The translations under genes were made by a program, and so were the position numbers. A stretch of DNA of 64,000 bases from Nemertoderma westbladi (Eukaryota; Animalia; Xenacoelomorpha): the NCBI GenBank assembly GCA_032718475.1, contig JAUCBJ010001582.1:62001-126000 (forward strand). The letters run 5' to 3'. This document shows, in pieces, positions 25,705 through 37,558 of this stretch (positions are counted from its first letter, which is position 1; every line of letters starts with the position of its first letter). The notes beneath the pieces were generated by a model that did no database searches, was not told where the DNA came from, and saw nothing but the letters and a program-made list of their open reading frames with translations.

Positions 25705-28327
25705 TTATCGTTTAGCTGATCTCGCCCTGCCGCGTCCTCGAAAACTGCGTACAGGTGACTTTGCTCGTGATATGGGACTTGTGGGGCGAGTCACTAGTTT
25801 ACTTTGGACGTTGAGAGATGGTGCGACCGTTTCCTCACATATTCGTCTCTTAGTTAACCCAAATCCTCGTCCGATTCCTCGTGACCGATCGGTTGTGTCT
25901 ACCGCTGGTAAAACGTCTGGGAACGCGTGGAAAGCGGATGACCCAGACCCAAGAGAAGCTTGCGCCCCCTTTTGATCAGCTGGTATGTGTCCCGATCCTC
26001 CTTGCGGTTCTCTGGGAAGTGACACTGTGTCTCGAGTAATTCGAATAGTCGGTTCGTATCCCTTTCGTTCTTCAACATTTATAGTTTTCTTTAATTGTTG
26101 GCCCACTTTCTGGACCCTTATGATCCTATTCTGTCCGTCCTCCCGAGGGTGACGTGCAGACGGCGCAACCGGAGTAGCAGGGTTCAAGAAATCGTCTTAA
26201 CACATCGGTATGAATTCTCCCTTCCGCGTAGAATGTATGATCTTCTCCGAGACAAAGTGGATGTCTTTTAAGAGTCCGAGACACAATGTCGGCGACTAGG
26301 CAAACATTCACTGATGACTCTATCGCTAAATAATATTGTAGTACTGCTCTTGGAGGCGAAGTGATAGCCCAATATACGCATCCTCTCCATTTAAGCTGTG
26401 ATTCAAACTCATTTATATCCGGAGTATCACCCTCTCCATACGTTTCGATATACTTGGTTCTTTTACTTTCCTTGTAATCCCAATTGAACAACAGGTAGGA
26501 AATGTATCCAGTTCCAGTCTTCTGGGTATCATACTCACGGAAATATCCTTGTTCTATAGACCATAGTATAAGAGGTCGAGTGTCGACGTAAGGTGTCGGT
26601 AATCGGTCGTCACTGTCCGACATGCCGGCGAAGTCGCTAATTAAATCCTCTCTCACTCCTAATCCAATCTTTACAACGGTTTTATCTAAAATGCTATTTC
26701 TCACCATCTTTGGTAACATTCTAGCGTCGATATTGCAAGCCTGGTCCATCTTCTTTACTATATTAGTGATGAGATGGTGCCGCTTGGTAGTTCCTGGTGG
26801 TATCGGCATTCGCTTGTCGCTCCTTTGTCTACTGAAAACGTGCAAAACTCCGTCTGCCACTCTAATTTGTATAGTCTTGGAAGTCAGACTCTGCTGATGG
26901 CTGCCGCCCTCGTTGTCATAAAACATGTAACCATTTTCTTGAAACGATCTAAACGTCCTATTCCATTCGTCCAGTAATTCTTCCGAAGGTTGCCAAATCT
27001 TCTCGATGTCCTTTTCGTCCTCGAAACGAATGACTTTACCTTGCCAGTCCGCAGCGATATCTGTATCCGACTCAAAGGTTCCTGTTCCAATCCATAAGCG
27101 AATTGTTCTGGTTAAATATCCTTTCAGGTTACTCGGAGCTATATCAGCGCCAGCTCTATCCAGTTCCCTAAAGTCTTGAATATGAGGCGGAACGTTATGC
27201 ACGACCTTTTGCGTAATATGTCTACGTAAATCATATATCTTAACCATATCGCTTGGAACAACTGCAGGAAGAAACTCTAAGTTCGAAATGATTTCCGGAT
27301 GATCCACAATAGGTATTTCATACGTCGTATCTTGTCGAATTGGTATACTAATAGGGAAATTGAGTGTCGTACTCAATGGTTTCGTAGTCGAAATACTATA
27401 CGGTTGCATTTCTCTTATCCTTTCCGGAGATGCAATCTGTAGTCTCTGAATAACATTTTGAGCAAAGTTTATACTTTCGAAAACTTCCGGTGTCATCTCC
27501 TTAGCTGAAGTTTGATCATGTGACATCCAATGGTAAGGTAGGCTCGCGAGTCTTCCGCCCCATTCTTCCATCTCACCTTTCTCGAAAGCCTTGTAGGCTC
27601 TGTATAGGCTAAGAGCTTCTTTCTTTTCGCGGGTTGACTGAGTCGCCTCGTCCAGCGTAAGTTCAAATGCATCGGGTTCAACAACCTTAGGTGGGTAAAC
27701 GACAATTTATCCTGCCTTTGGTCCAGTCATAGCGAATGAATGATATGGATTCGATAAAGGATACCCTCCTTCCTGGTAGCGTAGTTGTTGATGGTTCGAA
27801 CACCTCGCCAATATCGGTTCGGGATTTTCCTTATTCAAACGCATCGGAATCGCATTTCGTTGTTTGCGCATACAAGCACCACATTGATAATAAAGTTTAT
27901 AAACTGAAAATGCTTCCTTCGTTTCTCTATCGTCCCCTCGAGTTCGTCTGTAAAGATGCATTCCATCGAATTCATCGCGTACCGCAGGCATAGGTTCATG
28001 CGCCTTCAGGTATTGCATGGTATGATACAAACGACTAATTTCGGTATCGGGGTCTTCGCTAATATCTCCCGTATCACATAAAGCGTCGTACGGGTAAAGT
28101 TCGTTGAAGGTTTTGCGTAAACTTTCGATTCTTTCATTCAATGCGTTTTGCCTTCTCTTTAATACATTCGAGTCATATTTAGTCTTTGCGAGTTTCGCTG
28201 TACTCTCTGATAATTCCTTTATACTAAATATAGTGTAATCCTTAGCTCCAAATCGCTCAAATGGCGCTGCTGCTTCCTCTTGGATATCATATCCCCATCT
28301 CGGCTCTCCATGTATCCCCTTCGCCAT
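25705..28327 (-). pseudogene. Accessory ORF of element 1: Cys/His domain, DEDDy-type 3'-5' exonuclease, basic tail
   Basis: ORFs 27707-28327 and 26126-27571 are in the same frame, separated by one TAA and an open 45-codon linker; FYDNEG (ExoI), LPKMVRNSILDKTVVKIGLGVREDL (ExoII), YVDTRPL, YLAIE (ExoIII); probable tail in 25705-26187. Confidence 0.8.
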
Positions 28328-28989
28328 TATTGGAGTATGGTTACATAATCATTGCTACTAGAGGGAATACAACAGAGTTTATTGTTAGTTGTGAGGAGAT
28401 GTGAGAGTTTTCGTCTGCCCTTTTGGCTCGACAACGCTCTAACCTCCTACCCATAGCCTAAGATCTAGGGTTTCTTTAATGACACACTGTTTCTTATCTA
28501 AAATTTTTTGCCGAAATAAAAACGATTTTGGGCTAAACTGGCTGTGAGTCTAAAATACTCACCTTTTGATCCCAAACTATTATCAGAAAATAAGCAGTCA
28601 AGAGTTAGTAATAAATATAGGGAAGTCTATTTTTTGACGTAACTTATTGAAACAAGACCGTGTAAATTTTATTAAAATTTAGAAAGGCTCGCGAGTCTTC
28701 CGTTCTCTTGTTTCTCTAATTTTTAAGTTCCACCCGACTGTACCCTGAAATCTATTCACTGGAGAAAATTTTAAATATTTTTCAAATCCAAAATGGATTG
28801 TCTAAAATTTCGAAAATGTCTCAATATTGTGAGTTCCAAGTAGAATTCCATTTCTTATACCTACAAATCCCGCTCCTATGTGACACATAAGGGTACTACC
28901 CTCAATGTTCACATATAAAGACAATGGAATTCTACCGCTGTCTTTACTACAGTGTACAGGTACGTGGAAATCTATTTGTAAACTCCTAA

Positions 28990-31900
28990 TTATTTACTAA
29001 CATTAGTTGGAGATTTGTAGTCTCCAGACTCGTTACGAGTCTCTTCTAGAAGTACGAGACGTTGAGTTGGTCTGTCTACTGTACGACCATCAATTGTCCG
29101 TACCGTTACAGTTCTTGTCACTCCATCCATAGATGGATGTGTGGCTGAAATTACACCTGTTATCCAGAAGCGTCTTTTTAGATTCACTTCTGCTAACAGC
29201 ACATGATCTCCCGGCTTTAAAGCGCGAGTATTCTTGTACCAAGTAGTTCTGGCAGAAATAGAGGGCAAATAATGGTGTTGCCATATTTCCCAGAATTTGT
29301 TAGCCAGTAGTTGCGTGATTTTCCACGCTTTTCTACCGTAGCTATCGCCTTCTATTGGAATAGAAATAGGCGTCAATGTAGTCGGTGCCTGCATCAGCAG
29401 GTGTGCCGGTGTTAAAGCAAATTGGGATTGTTTGTCATCAGGTACTAATACTATTGGTCTAGTATTTAGTATTGCCTCGATTTCAACAAACAATGTTGTC
29501 AGTTGGTCGTCTGTCAAGATGTGGTTTACTGGAATTACTTTCGCCATGGCTGTTTTTATAGATCTAATCAATCTCTCCCAGACTCCGCCTCTCCATGGAC
29601 TATCTGGAGGATTAAACTTCCAAACAATCTTGTAAGGACGTAGTTCATTTGAGATTTGATCGTGATCTAATTTCTTAAAGGCTCTAGCAATTTCATTTCG
29701 AGCACCAACAAAGTTTGTACCTTGGTCTGAGTACAAGCATGTTACTAGTCCGCGTCTAGCGATACATCGCTGTAATGCTAGTATAAAGGCGTTGGTGGAA
29801 AGATCCATCACACGTTCAATATGAACTGCCCTACTGGACATGCATGTGAAAATCAGTCCCCAGCGTTTTACTAGTATACGTCCACGTTTCGTATGTATGG
29901 GACCAAAGCAGTCAATTCCAGTCTCTGTGAAAGGTGGTCTGAATGCTTGTAGTCGTGCTTGTGGAAGTTCACTCATTTCTTGGGTACCTATTCTAGAATG
30001 TACCTTTTTACAAATAATACACGTAATCACTGAACTTAACGCTTTACTGGGTCTAATTAATACAAATCTTGTACGTAAATAGGAAAGACAGTGATGTCTT
30101 CCAGCGTGTTTCAGATGTAAATGTGCGTCCAGTATCATTGCACGTTGTAATTCGTGATGTTGCGGTATTATTATTGGGTATCTAAAATCAGTATTAAAGT
30201 CGATGTTTTGAAGCCGAGATTTATGACAAATTAAGCCATTATAAATTATCGGACTCCAACTCAGTATTGGTGACGACTTGATTGGTTGACCTTGACTTAT
30301 AGATGTGAATTCGCGTGCGAAATATCGCAATTGGTAGTGGCGAATTAATTTAATTTCACATCTGTCAATCTCAGTCAATGTAAGTCGACGTGTAAAGTCG
30401 CGTTTGCCTTTAACGTATTGTACAAAACATACAATCCACGCTAATTTTCGGCACGCGTTTGTCCAAGAATCTGTTAGATCTACAATACGGTCGACGTAAG
30501 TATTTGTGACGTCATCAGGTAAGTCAATGGTCAATTTTGAAGGTTTTGTTTTACTAGATGGGCACACGGGTCCGCCGGTAAGTATTCCCTTGTTGACTGT
30601 TGATCCGTCCGGGTCTACGAGTAATTTGTCCTTCTTTGTTTTCTTACCTTGATTGTCGGTACTTTGTGTGTCGATCCCAGGTCTCACTGTAGGTTGTAAG
30701 GTTGGTATGTCTCTTGAGCGTAAAGTAACACCTGTATTTACATTTGCGTAGGTACTACCCACATCTGTAATACATGAGGTTTCACTGTACTTATGGTTAC
30801 TCAAGGGTGTCAAGTTTGGTAGTTTGTCAATAGAAGGCCGCTCCAATAGGGAAACTGCGGCTTTACTATGTGTTACTACGTTACTAGTGTCTAGTAGAAC
30901 ATCTTGTGAAATGTCTCGTAAAATGTTTCGCGGAACATCCGGCGAAACGTCTAGTGACATGTCTGGCAAAATGTCAGGTTGACCGTCTGGTGACGTGTCT
31001 GGTTGACCGTCTGGTAACGTGTCTGGTTGACCGTCTGGGGATACGTCTGGTTGAGAAAGGCTCACAAGTCTTCCTACCTTAACTTTGAGAGTTATATTTT
31101 TCCATTTCGCCTTTGGTTTCTTCTTAAGTTTCGCCGTTGTCTTTTTCTTTGCCTTACCTTTCTTTGGTTTTCTAATTTCGGCGTCCTTAGGAATAGTATT
31201 AGACTTGTTATCGTATAGTGGCGGCCAATGTTGTGTTGCTCTTTGCAAGAATTGTGGTCCGTGTTGCCAAAATTCCTTGTTTTCCGGTTTACAGAATTCC
31301 TCAGGCATCATTCCTCGCGATGCAATATCAGCTGGATTTTGTGGCCCGGGACAATGTCACCAATCTTCTTTTATTGAACGGTCTAGAATTTCTGCGCGAC
31401 GGTTAGCTACAAACGTCTTGAATTCAAGTGTGTCGTTATTTATGTAAAATAAAACTAACGCCGCGTCAGTCCAATAAAATATATGTAAACTTGACTGTAG
31501 TTCCGTCTGTATGAGGTTTACAATGGTAGTTGACAGAGTTGTGGCTTGTAGCTCAGCGCGTGGTGTCGTCATGTACTTAGTAGGCATTGTTTTAGCCTTA
31601 GAAGTAATGAGCGAAACATCAAACTTGTCTGAGTCTACTTGTCTGCGCAAATACGCTGTCACTCTAAAGCCGTTGTCACTGGCGTCGGAAAAACAATGTA
31701 ATTCTAAGTTGTCAGGAAATGTCGTCTGTAATGGAAAATATACCCGGGGTATGGAATAATCTTCTAGTGAAGACAATTGCGCCTCCCAAGTTTTACATAA
31801 GTCCACTTGTTCTGATGAGGTCGGTTCGTCCCATGTCAGCCCATCTTTCCAAATACTGCGCATGTATATTCTTGCTTGCAGTATTATTGGGCTGATGAAA

Positions 31901-33021
31901 CCTAATGGATCGAACAGTCTACTTAGTTTCGACAAACAGGACCTCTTAGTCAGAGAGTCTCCTTGAGCGTCCAGTTTTACCTTCACTCGAAAGTTGTCTG
32001 TGTTCGGGTCCCAAAATAGTCCCAACACCTTTGTCTTCGGTAGTGGTTCGAATTCCAAGTCAATGTCACCACCCCCACGTTCAGTCGTTTCGAATGAATT
32101 TACTAATTCGGCACTGTTTGAGGCAAACTTGGTGAGGTTAAAACCTCCGCCTGCTAAACAGTCCCGTAATTGATGTGCTACTGTGATAGCACTTTCTACT
32201 GTGTCACAACTTTGTAATCCATCGTCAACATAAAAGTCTCGTTCTACGATCTGGATTACCTCTGGGTCATATTTATGTTTCTGGTCCCTAGCGGTCTGCT
32301 TTAGGGCGTACATAGTGCAATTTGGGCTGTCTCTGGCACCGAAAACGCGAACTTGCATTTGGTAAGTCGCCGGTGGTTGACTTAAGTCTCCATCCGGGTA
32401 CCAGAGGAACCTCAAACTGTCTCTGTCTGGCTCTAATGCTCGCACTTGGTGAAACATGGCTTCGACGTCGCAAGTAAATGCTACTTGGCGTTGACGGAAG
32501 CGCATAATCACCCCCATGAGATAATTATTCATGTTTGGTCCATCCATCAGCTCACTATTGAGAGACGTTCCCTCAAACAGAGCCGCGCAGTCATTAACTA
32601 CACGTACTTTGTCTGGTTTATTGGGGTGTTTCACGTAGTGATGTGGCAAGTAGTATGTCTGGTCTGTCACAATCTCTGGGTTTGTCATTCTGATAACGTA
32701 CCCTTTTGTCAAATACGTCTCCATCTGGGTATTATACTGCAGATGGGCTTTCTCGTCCTTTAATAGACGTTGTCTTATCGAGTTTAAACGTCTTAAGGCT
32801 AGCGGATAATTGTTTATTAGTTTAGGACGTTGGTTGCGCCATAGCATCCCTACCTCATAATGTCCGTCTTTCGTCTGGCGGATAGTATCTTCCATGATCT
32901 TCAAAGATTGTTTCTCTTGTTCCGACATACATGGTTCGTAACTACCGGGTTCTGCTGTATCTTGTTCTAACCACCTGATAGTTTTCTCTGTTAATTCTTT
33001 GTCTAGTGCGGCTTGTTCCAC
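28990..33021 (-). pseudogene. Element 1 pol: RT, RNase H, integrase (one in-frame TGA at 31357)
   Basis: YYLPHH, RVVNDC, DVEAMFHQV, FGARDSP, FYVDD, FDPLG, HCFSDAS, PRAELQA, WTDA, NPADIASRG, HxxxxH..CxxC, GIDCFGP, SDQGTNF, WRGGVWER. Confidence 0.93.
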
Positions 33022-33293
33022 TTGATGATTCCTTAACGCGTCGTCATCGACGGGCGTTGCTGAGGTTATTGGTTGAGGTAGACTCGCAAGCCTTCCGGCG
33101 TTATCATCTATCGTTGATGGAACCTTTGCCTGACTCCGTTCCTTCTCAATCTCTACACTAACCTTGTGGATTGGCTGCTCTTTGTGACTTATCGTACTCG
33201 CTACACACGTCGTACTTGTAACGTTGTTGTGTTTTGTCGAACGTAGTGTAGTATAGTCCTTGTCGTGTGAAAAGGAATGAGTTGAAGTTGTAG

Positions 33294-36200
33294 TTAATAA
33301 ACTACATGTATTTGTACATCGTCTTCCTCATCACTTATATCTAGTGTGCGCACAGGCGCTCGAGTATACCAACCTATCGGAGTTCGACAAGCATATGCAT
33401 TTCTTGCTACGACTACCAATGGTCTGGTTTCCCACACTTGATGTAAGTTGAATTGGTCTGTCCCGATCAGCATTGCTACCGACCGATAATTAACAGGACA
33501 TTCAGGTACACCAAGGTGTCTGAAATACTTACGGTCCTCTAAGGATTGTTCCGGCACTGGACCCAGTAAATTACTAAAGTCCTTTGTGGCTGCAAAAGTC
33601 AAATCCTTAAAGGGTAACAAAGACCTCTCCTTTTCGCTATGTTGCGATTTCGGAAGAAGAGTGTCTAAGTTTAACTTAACTCGTGTCACTGGTATTGCAC
33701 GTTGGCCATGCATACTACTTACGGTATATCGGACGTGCTTACCTTGTCGAAGATCTGTCACGACATCAGCTATCTTCTCGCCCACATAGCTGTGGGATGA
33801 GGCTGAATCTAGGATAGCGTAGATCCTCTTGCTCCCTTTGGTGCCAGTAATCTTAATAGGAATTACGCTGAATCCTTTTAGTTGGTCAGGCGTCAGAAGC
33901 GCAATCGATGGTTGTTCGTCTCCGTCTGAGTATATGTCATCGTCTTCGTATTCTTCATCAGAAGACCCAGACTGCTCTGGGAAACAATCCCGTATATGTG
34001 TCACAAAAGTTGGTGTTGTTCTCGATTCTCGATTCTTATATGCCGTGTTACATTTCACTGCAGCTTCCGGGTGTTCCCTGATGAAGCGTTTGGTCGGCGT
34101 ATGGCTGTCTGTATGGAGCAAACCGTCGTGGTTGCGTCCACAGGAAGGACAGGTGTCCGTATTTGGGCAATCCTTTCGAACATGTCCGTGTTGCGTACAC
34201 CGCCAACAAGAGTCCAATGGCCATATCTGCAGCCGTCGTTCTTCCGAGTTTAACTCGTGAAACAGCCGACAACCTTTTAACTTGTGAGTAGTATGCCGCT
34301 TGCCTAGCTGCTCGCAGTATTGGCAACCGCTAAAGTCTGCACTCAGTTGTTGTCTGGTCTGTTTGATCCCAATAGGTGCGGATACTTTACTACCGTCCGA
34401 AAATCTTCGAGTTTCCGTCGGTGTGGCGTAAGTGGCCGTCTTGGTGGATGTCGTCGGTTGTTTTTGTCGGTTGTAGGATGGTAAGGAGATTCCTTCTGCT
34501 ACGATGTGTTGGTCAGTGTAGTTGGATCGAGTCTCTACTACTGCTTACCTGGATATTAGCAGGTACACGTCCTCCAACTTCAAAAATCCACCTCGTTCTT
34601 CCCGCTGGTACTCGATCTTCCTCCACTCCCGACGAAGTCGATGGTGGAGTCTTCCTATGATCATTAATAGGACTGTAGGGGTGTTCCCGTAGTCCAGTTG
34701 TCCAATAGATTTTAATGTAGTAATAGCGTTTTTAATTTCGTCAGCCAGTTTTAGTAAGTCGACGGGTTTGGTAATAGCCCCCCCCCCCCCTTACAAAGTT
34801 CCTCTATCACTGACTTGGCCATGCTGACTGTACCTCCGTAGATTGAAGTTAAGCGATCGTATGCTAACTCGAAGGCATCTGGTACACCAACGAAAGTTTC
34901 TGCTAAACGCTTGGGTTCTCCCGTCAATGTTTGAAGCAGGTAGTTGAACTTTTCCCTTGATGTAAAAGCGCACGCCGCAATTTGAGATTCAATGTAGTCT
35001 ATGAACGTGTGCCAATGCTTGGAGTTTCCGGAGAACTTAGGTGGTTGTTACGCCGGTAGTCCTTGTCTGGCTGCGTATTTAGCTATCTCCTCAGCTACGT
35101 TCAAAGTTTCGCGTCCTTGGTTGGCAATCGAGTTGATGTTTTCCCGTCTTGGCGCTTTCCTTTGATACGAGGTGTTTCTTGAAGGTCGCTCCCTTTGTTG
35201 AATCTTCGGGTGTCTAGAGTGTTCGAATTCAGTATTTCGCGAACTATCGGTTTGAGTTTCCTCTAAACGTTCCTCAATCTGGGCCAACTTGTTGACAACT
35301 GGTCGCATTAGGTCGGCGAATTGTTGCGTGCTAATCGCGTTCGTAGGTTGTAACGCTTTCTGTGTTGGTGTATTTTGTGGAGGATTGTCTATAAAGGAAT
35401 TGTCTGAACGCTCGCGTTTGCATTCATCGGCCGCTCCTGTTCTAAACACTTCGCGTTCCGGGTAATCCGATTCACTTGAAGTACTACTATCACCTGGATA
35501 TGGTGGCCGACGTGCTCACGTCCGTTGGGTTGTCCGGATTCTAACATTCCGTTTCGGAACATCGTCTACTGGTCTCCGTTGTTCGGTAGGCTCGCAGGTC
35601 TTCCTCGAAGTCGTAGATTGCGATGTAAACTGGTTAAGCGGTCGCGTATCCACTGGTCTCCGTTGTTCGGTAGGCTCGCAGGTCTTCCTCGAAGTCGTAG
35701 ATTGCGATGTAAACTGGATTTGTGGTCGTGTTTTGGCGTTTGAGTCTAACGGCCTTGGAGGTCTAAACACGATTGGGTTTGCGTAGTGTGTCACAGGTTT
35801 GGGTGTCGAAGGTTGACTCACCTGTTTAGTCGTCATTAATGTAGGTCCGACTAATAAACTACTACAATCCGTTATTGGCGGATTACTTACCTTGACCTTT
35901 GGAATAGGCGATGACGTTGCTCTTGGCGGTATAAACATGTCCGAAATAACAAACCTGTGCTCCGTCGCATCATGGATAGGAGAAATATTACTACTACCCG
36001 CAATCGAAACAGGTTTTTTGGTCGTAATTGGTGCAAACATAGGAGTTACTTGAGGGAATCGTTGACATAAGTCTTTAACCAATTCTCTTCCTCGCTCAGG
36101 TGCTCCTACACTTCCTTCCGTTATTCGTTCCTGAATTTGGCGGTGCCTTACCTCTATCCGGTCTAGATCATGTCTGTCTCGAGATCTCATCGATCGATCG

Positions 36201-37558
36201 CGGGCTTGTAGATCCAGATCTTCCTTAGCGTTGGCTAATTCCCTCGCCTTCTTTTCGAGTTCGAAATGAAGTTTAACTTCCTTCTCGCGTTGTTCCGTCT
36301 GTTGTTGTTGTGCCTCGAACTCCGCTACTCGTATAGCTGATTGAGCCTTTATTTGTCATTTTTTCAACTCAGCTCTCGCTTCCGAAACTCGCTTGTGTTC
36401 TTCCAACTCCGCTGCTCGTCGCTCCAACTCAGCTGCTGCTGCTCGTCGTTCCAACTCAGCTGCTGCCGCTTGTCGTTCCAACTCAGCTGCTGCCGCTTGT
36501 CGTTCCAACTCAGCTGCTGCCGCTTGTTGCGCTAACTCAGCTGCCGCTGTTCGCCGTGCTATTTCTAGCTCTAACCTTTCCATCTCAGCCGCTTCCAGTT
36601 CGGCTGCTTCTTGTAAATGAGAAATCCTTGCGACATTTGCGACGCGTAGTTTCTCTTCCTCTACAGCTGCTTGTACAGTTAATAATTGAGTTTGTTCCTC
36701 AATTTCTCGTTGTTGTCTGTAGTACTGTTGTTGCTGTCGAGAAATCTCTGACTTCACTATACTTACCTCGCCAATTTCGCTGCGAATACTCACCAATGAT
36801 TGATCCATTATGCCCGGTGCCGGTTCGATTTGTACGGGTGAAGTTTCCCTCGTATATTCCGGCACGGTTTCCAAATCTCCAACGTCTTCGCCGCACATAC
36901 GTAAGTGATCTGTCAGATGTTTCAATTGTCCATCTAGTCTATACAGTTCCTGTTCTTCCTCGGGCTGTAATAACTCGTCAGAAACCGACTCACCTAGCAA
37001 CTGGTCCGCTTGTTCCTGTTGTATCTGTCTAACGGTCGTCTTAAACTGAATCAGTTTCTCTCTAGCAATCATTAATTTCTCGAGGATTCTAAACTGTGTG
37101 TCCATATCCTGTCTCTGTCTAGCTAGATCTTGTAGACCAATTAGATTATCTACGGACTTATGTACTTTACTCTCTACTCTTACCTGTAGGGTGTAGAACT
37201 CAAACCGAGACATCGGAGCGGTCAACTCGTCTAATATGCGTTGACCTTCTCCAATACTCCTGGTAATATGCGCCATGTATCCTCTGACGCTTCTAACTAC
37301 GCTCTCTTGGCTTCCTACTGAACTTACCATGTCCGTTTCCCTATGTCTAGGTTGCGGGACCGTTAGAAAATCCTCAGTCCTGCCGTCGCCTCGTACTACG
37401 GCATCCGGTACTCCCGTTGGATGTACTGGTGACGCGCATGGTGTAGGTTCGGTAGGCTCGCGAGTCTTCCCCTGTGGTTCTTCCGCTACTGACTTATCCG
37501 CGTCACATGAGTCATAGTCGGTAGGTGTATTCTTCGTATAGTCTTGTTTGTCAGTCAT
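33294..37558 (-). pseudogene. Element 1 gag plus protease, broken by stops and frameshifts
   Basis: Coiled-coil (AAAAELERQ)n; CWRCTQHGHVRKDC and CPSCGRNHDGLLH knuckles; AILDSASSHSY protease motif; LIGTD. Confidence 0.85.

Noticed and set aside
34778-34790. Poly-C tract in gag as a programmed frameshift site
   Set aside because: Similar long C/G homopolymers occur throughout the window; slippage or sequencing error is more likely
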